64,000 nt of DNA from an uncultured virus (IMG/VR IMGVR_UViG_3300044624_001347). Taxonomy: Duplodnaviria; Heunggongvirae; Uroviricota; Caudoviricetes. The number at the start of each line of letters is the position of its first letter. Positions within the stretch are counted from its first letter, which is position 1. Shown here piece after piece: positions 57,886 to 64,000 of this stretch. Position numbers and translations under genes: made by a program. The notes beneath the pieces were generated by a model. That model searched no databases. It saw nothing but the letters and a program-made list of their open reading frames with translations, and was not told the DNA's origin. The stretch lies in IMG/VR virus record IMGVR_UViG_3300044624_001347; one strand, 5' to 3'.

Positions 57886-59601
57886 TCAGAAATTGTAGAC
57901 CTCATCGAAACCCTTCAGCCAAAGCTTGTCATCCTGCGTCTCGCCCTGGGTTTCTGAGAAGAGGCCGGTCGCCTTGTCGTAGTAGAGGTTGGCTTCACCA
58001 ATCTGCCCCTGCCATGCAAAGCGGCACTTCCACACATGGAAGATGGTCTGATCCATCTTGCGCTGGATGGTAAGCCCGAAGTCCGCACGATTGTAGTAGT
58101 GGGCAGAACCCGAGATGGAGTAGCCGGTCGGAACCCAGTCAGCCGAAACATTCATGGGCTTGGCCGGGTGGGCGATCAAGAAGAAGGTAACTTCTGCCCG
58201 TGCTGCGAACGTCTTAAACTGAGACAGCATCTCGTTAACACTTTCAGTATCAACGCCGCCGTCTTTTTTCTGACTGAGCTTGATGAAGTTCACGGGGTCC
58301 ACGACTACGGCCTTCACCCCATCCCGGCGAACCGCAGCCTCAAACCTTTCGATAAGGCTTTCGACGGTCGGCATCACGCCTTCGTTGGTGAGGAAGGTCA
58401 GATGCTCATTCACCCAGCCAAGGGCTTCAAGCATCTCGTCCTCACTCATCCGGGGCGTCGGCCCATCCCCGAAGGGCTTGCCTGCCCGGAGAGAGATGAG
58501 CTTGGCAAGGTGAAGCTCGGGCGGATTCTCAAAGCTGGCATAGGCGACACGCCAGTTATAGCGAGCCATCGCGCTGACCAGCATGTTGTCGATGATCTGG
58601 GATTTGCCTGAGCCGGGCGTGCCCGTGACGATGACGAGATTGCCAGGGTTCAGCGTGAACAGTTCGTCCACGTTGGACCAGCCAGTGCTGGCGCCTCGGG
58701 GCAGGCCATCCCGGTAAAGGGTCTGCACCTTGTCCATGAAGTCAGCCGGTGAGGCCAAGCCTTCGACCGGCCAGCGTGCCGCATCAGCCTTGCACTTGGC
58801 GAGAGCTTCCTTGCCTGCCTTCAGCAGAACGTCGTTGGCGTCCTTGCTGCCATGAGGGAAGGAGACGCGCCAGCACTTCAGCTTACCGATACGGCGAGCC
58901 AGTTCCTGTGCGGTGGTCTCGCCCGGCCCGTCCATGTCCACCGCAAGGAAGACATTGGGCGCTGCCTTGATTAGTTCGTCATGATGCGACAGCCATTTCA
59001 GACGGGCAGTATCGTCGGCGGCGCCTTCGGACAGAGCCCCGGACGGGATGGACAGGGCAGGGATGCCTGCCTCCCAGAAGGACAGGGCGTCGATCTCACC
59101 TTCGGTGATGACGATATCCTGCCCCGGCTCGATCTTGTCAGCCAGGAACAGGGTCTGTGCGCTGCCGTCCTGGGTAAACTCTTTGGTGGAGATGGACCGC
59201 CACTTGATCGCCGTCACCCTACCTTGATGCCGGTAGGGGAAGCCGACCGCATCCAACTCGGTCGCAGATTTCTTGAAGAACTTCCTGCCTGAGCAAACGC
59301 CGAGAGACTTAGCTGTCTCATCGGAGATGCCCCGGTCTGCCATGTAGTCCAGGCCAGCGAAATCCAGATCGCCGGTCGTGTAGGTCTTGATCGGGACAAC
59401 CGCAGTCACCTTGCCACCTCTTCCCATCGAACCGTTGACGCCGCAGTGGTGGCAATTCCAGAGGATGCCCGCCGCATCCTGCTTGATGGAAAGGGTAGGA
59501 TCATTCTTGGTTTTCCTGTCCGGTCCACAGGCAGGGCAGGCTACCCGAGTCTGTCCATCCTTAGCTCTTGCTAGGATGTATTCTTTTTCAATGGCTTGCA
59601 T
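57886..59601 (-). CDS. Primase-helicase (T7 gp4/Twinkle-like: Zn finger, TOPRIM, SF4 helicase)
   Basis: CPAC...CHHC; ITEGEIDALS, AVDMDGPG, KDAND; TGTPGSGKS, VVVDP, AHP, ISGSAH. Confidence 0.95.
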   Translation of the reverse strand: MQAIEKEYILARAKDGQTRVACPACGPDRKTKNDPTLSIKQDAAGILWNCHHCGVNGSMGRGGKVTAVVPIKTYTTGDLDFAGLDYMADRGISDETAKSLGVCSGRKFFKKSATELDAVGFPYRHQGRVTAIKWRSISTKEFTQDGSAQTLFLADKIEPGQDIVITEGEIDALSFWEAGIPALSIPSGALSEGAADDTARLKWLSHHDELIKAAPNVFLAVDMDGPGETTAQELARRIGKLKCWRVSFPHGSKDANDVLLKAGKEALAKCKADAARWPVEGLASPADFMDKVQTLYRDGLPRGASTGWSNVDELFTLNPGNLVIVTGTPGSGKSQIIDNMLVSAMARYNWRVAYASFENPPELHLAKLISLRAGKPFGDGPTPRMSEDEMLEALGWVNEHLTFLTNEGVMPTVESLIERFEAAVRRDGVKAVVVDPVNFIKLSQKKDGGVDTESVNEMLSQFKTFAARAEVTFFLIAHPAKPMNVSADWVPTGYSISGSAHYYNRADFGLTIQRKMDQTIFHVWKCRFAWQGQIGEANLYYDKATGLFSETQGETQDDKLWLKGFDEVYNF

Positions 59602-59942
59602 CTTCTTCCCCCGAAGGACATGCAGGATACACAAAGAAGAACACCAACACAAGGTGTTTTAGATGTCTAAGACTACACTAGATATAGCTACAAGCTAACC
59701 TAAGAGACGCAACATATCGTTGGAGCGATATGTTGCGGCATAGCTAGTAGCCTAAGCTACCAGCCTATGACTGTGTGCCTGTACCTACCTGTTCTGCTGG
59801 GTTGAGGTAGCTTGAGGACAAAGTTCCCCCTTTGCGGGGGGAAACCTGTTCCGCCGGTTCCATCTATCGGTGAGCCGTCGTCAATCTGCATCGTGCCTTT
59901 ATCAGCCGGGGACATCCTGTGAGGGCGGCATCAGCACGGAGT

Positions 59943-62900
59943 TCTGCCTTGCGGCAATGTCGGTCAACGCGAGGCCATGCAGACAACCATCGCGCTTCGT
60001 TCGGGACTTTCACCCGCCTTTCCACCGGACATACTTCCGGCTTCATTGTAGTGCGCCATGCCCTTGGCTATCGCGTTGCCTGCCCGGTCCCTATGGCCGA
60101 CAGGTCGCCCCACACAGGGTGGGTGGCTATGAAAGCCCTTGACGCAGCCGGGTATGGTGGGGGATAGACGCACATGGCGTTTGTCGCCCACCCTGGTTCC
60201 GTCAGGGTGCATTTGAGAGGGCTGCCCGGCAAGGCAGCCCTTTCGCTTTTCGGTATATCCAGATCGCCCGACCGGACGCAAGGGCTTTTCCTGGGCGCGC
60301 TATCCCAGGGCAAAAAGCACAAAGGCGATGGCGCACAGGCCAATGGTCCAGCACACAGTGACGTGATCCACGGTGAAGATGGATCGGTGTTTGTAAAGCT
60401 GGCGGTTGGTGATGGCCCTGCCGTCGAGGAAGTCGAGGCTGATGAGCCTGTCTTTTTTGCGCGTCCAAATGCCGCTGCTGCCTTCGATGTACTGAAAGTT
60501 ATTTTCGTGCAGCCAGACAGCCGCCTGCCTGGGAGTGTTGAAGGCCGCGACCGGGTTCCCCTGGAGGTCATCGACCTCAATGAACAGGTCGTTGTGCGGC
60601 ACGTTCTGCGTCAGCCGGTGTCTGATTTGCACCTCAACCGCGTCGGTTCCGATCATCATCTTCAGTCTCTCCCTAGCGTTGGGTTTGGTTGGATTCGGAC
60701 GGCCTTGTTTTCCCAAGACCAGCATTCGCCCGTGTCATCTTGGAAGCACACCCAAACGAGGTGATGCTCCTGGCTGTAGTCGATGAGGACGTGCGCCCAT
60801 GCCTTCCCCTTCGGCGTGATGACGGGGATCGGTGGGTCCAGGCGCAACATGCTCATGATTCTTTGTCCGCATAGGGATTGCGGACGGCCCGGATCAGCGC
60901 CTCTGCCAGTTGCAGGGCCAGCGCCGGGGTCAGTGCGGCGTGCCTGTCATCTGCGAACTCATGCCCGTGCATGGCCACGATAATCTCGCCATCCCGGATG
61001 TAGGCGAATACCTCTTTCATCGGGGGCAGAAGGGCGCTCATCGCTTTGCGTCCGTGATGTTGTCTCGGAGGGCTTTGCTCAGAGTTTCGATCAGTTTCAG
61101 GGCCATCTCGGGATAGAGCGCGACGTGCAACTCATCCCTGACATCTACCGTCTGCAATGAGACCAAGATTTTTCCTCGGTCGGAGTAAGCAAAAACGTCT
61201 ACGATTCCGCTCATTGGTCGTCTCCCTTGAGTGCATCTTCGGCTCGGTTGCTCATCCAGGCGCACACGCCACACCCGTCATCAATATCGAACACCATAGA
61301 CGGAGGGTCTTCGATCTCTTGCAGGGCCTTCTTCATCCGGTCGCGCTCGGCCCGAAGGGCACGCAGTATGGCGGCTGTTGTCTCGGGCCATTCGCCATGA
61401 AGCGCGTTCTGAATAGCGCGCTCAATGGCCTCGTTGCTGGTGTCGGTCATTGGTCGTTCTCCTTGAGTTTGGCGCGAGCCTCGTAGTCTCGCCGCCACTT
61501 CACTAGCAGGCTGCTATCAGGAACATCATCGTCGTCCACATCGCCGGGTCGGCCATACTCCCAGCCCCAATACGAACGACACGCAGTGTCTGCGATCAGC
61601 AGGGCATTCCTCAGCCGGTCACGTTCTTCCATGACAAGGCCAAGCTGATCCGACGCATCGCGGCAGACCTCAGCCAGAAGAAGATGCCCCTTTCGCTGGG
61701 CCTTCTCGGCTTCGTCTAGCAAGCGGTCGATGATGTTGGTCATTCGCCGCTCTCCATGAGAGCGGCGCGTGCGCGCTCCATCGTTTCGGCCAATTCGCGC
61801 ATTGCGTTTTTAAACCCGGAAGGTGTGTCGGTGGGTCGGTATTTGTATGCGTGCGTTGCGCTGGCGTGCAGATCACGCAGCGCGCCCTTCATTCGGTCGC
61901 GCTCGATTTCAAGCGTGCATATCCTGTTGCCCATCTGCTCACACGCGGCTGTCTTTTTGACGTTCTCGTTGCGCCACATATCGCGCTCGTTTTCGACGCG
62001 CGTAAGACGGACGGCCTGTTTCGCCAAGACTTCCAAGAGTTCAGCCCTGGTCGCGTTGTCTTCGTTCATTGATCGTTCTCCTTGAGTGCGGCACGGGCGA
62101 TATCCCGTTGCGTCTCGGCCATGTCTTTGTAGTTGAGGCACATGCTCATGGTGATGCCGCCGATCTTCTTCAGCGCATCCGTCATTCTGTCGATCTGAGC
62201 CACCAGCTTATGCACGTCGGCGTCTGCAATGGTGCGGCCTTCAGCCAACCTCCATCGCACCAGAGTAAGGGTGTCCATCTCAGTCATGTTCGTTCTCCTT
62301 GAGTGCATCCTTGGCCACGTTGATGCAGCCAGCATGTCCGATCCGGCTGAGGTTCAGGCTTTCCCCATTCACTCCACTGCTGGCGATCTGCAAGAGCGCG
62401 CCCTTTAGGCGTTCGTTATCTTCCAACTGTGAGGCACAGGCATCGTGATACTCATGCCAAAGGGCATCCAGAAGCTTGACGCTCTCCAGCAGTCGGTCGC
62501 GTTCCGCCTCTGTCTTTTCAAGACTCTCGTGCAGGGCGAACAGCTTCTCATTCAGGGTTATGTTGGCGCGCTCGAACTGCTTGCACCACTCGTCTATCCC
62601 TGCCGCCGTCTTGAGTTGGTCGCGCTCGGCCTCAGCGCGCTCGGCCCGTTCGGCGTCGCGTTCGCATTGGGCGTCGGCGTTCGCGGCCTGGGCGCGTGCC
62701 GCGTCTCTCTCTTCCCTGAGCCGCACGATCTCGTCCGCTGCCATCAGCGCCACCGGGCTAACCATGATGCCGTTAATTTCCATCGGTGCGCTGAACACAT
62801 CGAAGGATCGCAGTCGCTTCACGATATCAGTCACGGTCTGATTCCTTGAGCGCGATGCGCGCGATGTTCTGCAACTCTCCGGAAAAGCTGGCCCACTTCA

Positions 62901-64000
62901 TTGCGTATATGTGCATCGGCCAGTTCGGCCCTTCTCCTTCCTCGTCTAGTGGTATTTGGACGCCACCTTCAGCGATCTCCCGGAGTGCATTCCTCAGCCG
63001 CTCTATCTCGTCGGCAGCTTCTTCATGGAGAAAGTCTGCGTTGGTCAGCCGCAGTCGGTCCACGATATCAGTCACTGCTTGTCTCCCCGAGTGCGATACG
63101 AAGCTCTTGAGCGGCGTACTTCAGCGCCTTTGGTCCTCCGTCCTCAATCTCGGACAGTGCATGGCGGATGCCGTTCCGTAGCCGCTCGATCTCGTCGGCA
63201 GCTTCGGCAGCATCCTGCCGAGTCCATCCGTCGCTTCTCCACGCATGAACACGCAACCGCTCCACGATATCAGTCACTGCCTGTCTCCCCGAGTGCAGTG
63301 CGGGCGACGGAAAAGGCATCGTGAAGTTGCTCGCCGTGCGAGTTCATCACGCCATCCAGCGCATCCCTTAGCTTGTCGCGCTCGGTCTTGATTGCAGCAA
63401 CCTCACTCGGGCTGTGGCAGGGACCAAGGTAGCCAGCCGCACGAACCTTTGCGCGCTCGGGCAGTCCGACATATCGCCAACCCTGCAAGTCTGCGATCCA
63501 GTAATCCGGTTCTGGACCCCTTTCATCGGCCAGCCAGTGCCATCCACTCTGCTTGCGGTTCTTAGGGTATCCATCCCATGCGCCGGTCATTGCACTGCCC
63601 CTGCGATGACGTATCCGACCATCACGGCCAGCATGGCGATGGCAACCACGAGGATGGTTTGCTTCTCACTCATTGCATGCTGCCCCTGGCCTTGGCTTCC
63701 TCAGCCTCAGCCATTGCGTCACCCTGCTGCTCTTCCATCAGGTCTTGATGCATCACCCGGATGCCATTGATCGCTGTCTCAATCGCGTCCTCTTCCTGAC
63801 CCGGCTTGGAATGCTTGAAGCTCAGTTCAGTCAGGGTCAGGGCGACCGCAGCAATAAGGACACGGGGGTTGGCGTTGTTCTTGATCGCCATGAACTCGGC
63901 AAAGTCCCCGAAGGCCCCCGACATATGTCGGACAAGGCCAATGGTGCGCTCGTCTAATTCTTCCATGTTAATCCCCTTCACTGGATCGTGCCCCGTTCGC
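59943..64000. repeat. Direct repeat of positions 1-4058 (genome wrap-around; unit length 59,942 bp)
   Basis: TCTGCCTTGCGGCAATG at 1 recurs at 59943. Every ORF in 1-4058 recurs with a +59942 offset, and the window end matches position 4058. Confidence 0.98.

Noticed and set aside
1..59942. tRNA or rRNA genes
   Set aside because: No cloverleaf or rRNA signatures were recognised by eye in intergenic regions; tRNAscan-SE would be needed to exclude them.

Overview
The window holds one complete, GC-rich tailed-phage genome of 59,942 bp; bases 59943-64000 repeat bases 1-4058. A + strand late arm (about 9.7-46.8 kb) encodes small and large terminase, portal, GroES, scaffold, major capsid, lysis genes, adaptors, several tail fibres, a GIY-YIG/NUMOD3 homing endonuclease, ejection proteins and a 2258-aa polyvalent protein. 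No tape measure or sheath gene is recognisable, so it looks podovirus-like. A mostly - strand early/middle arm (about 59.6 kb down to 46.8 kb, and 9.1 kb down to 1) encodes a primase-helicase, a Cas4-like exonuclease, an ERF recombinase, a MoxR/CobS AAA plus VWA-like pair and many small genes. No DNA polymerase, RNA polymerase or integrase is recognisable. The standout element is a TIGR-Tas-like RNA-guided locus. A 273-aa gene with a Nop/IS110-C-terminal domain and no visible nuclease (48533-49354, -) is followed directly by a ~1 kb array (47501-48520) of about 28 units of 36 nt. Each unit has two alternating 10-nt repeats (GAGAGTTCCA / GAGTGAACCA on the - strand) separated by unique 8-9 nt spacers. 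Also notable: an Acb2/Tad1-like candidate nucleotide sponge, a homing-endonuclease insertion scar, a probable AUU start codon, a terminator-ended leader in front of terL, and a repeat-joined cassette array of small early genes. All protein calls are from motif recognition by eye, not from database searches.
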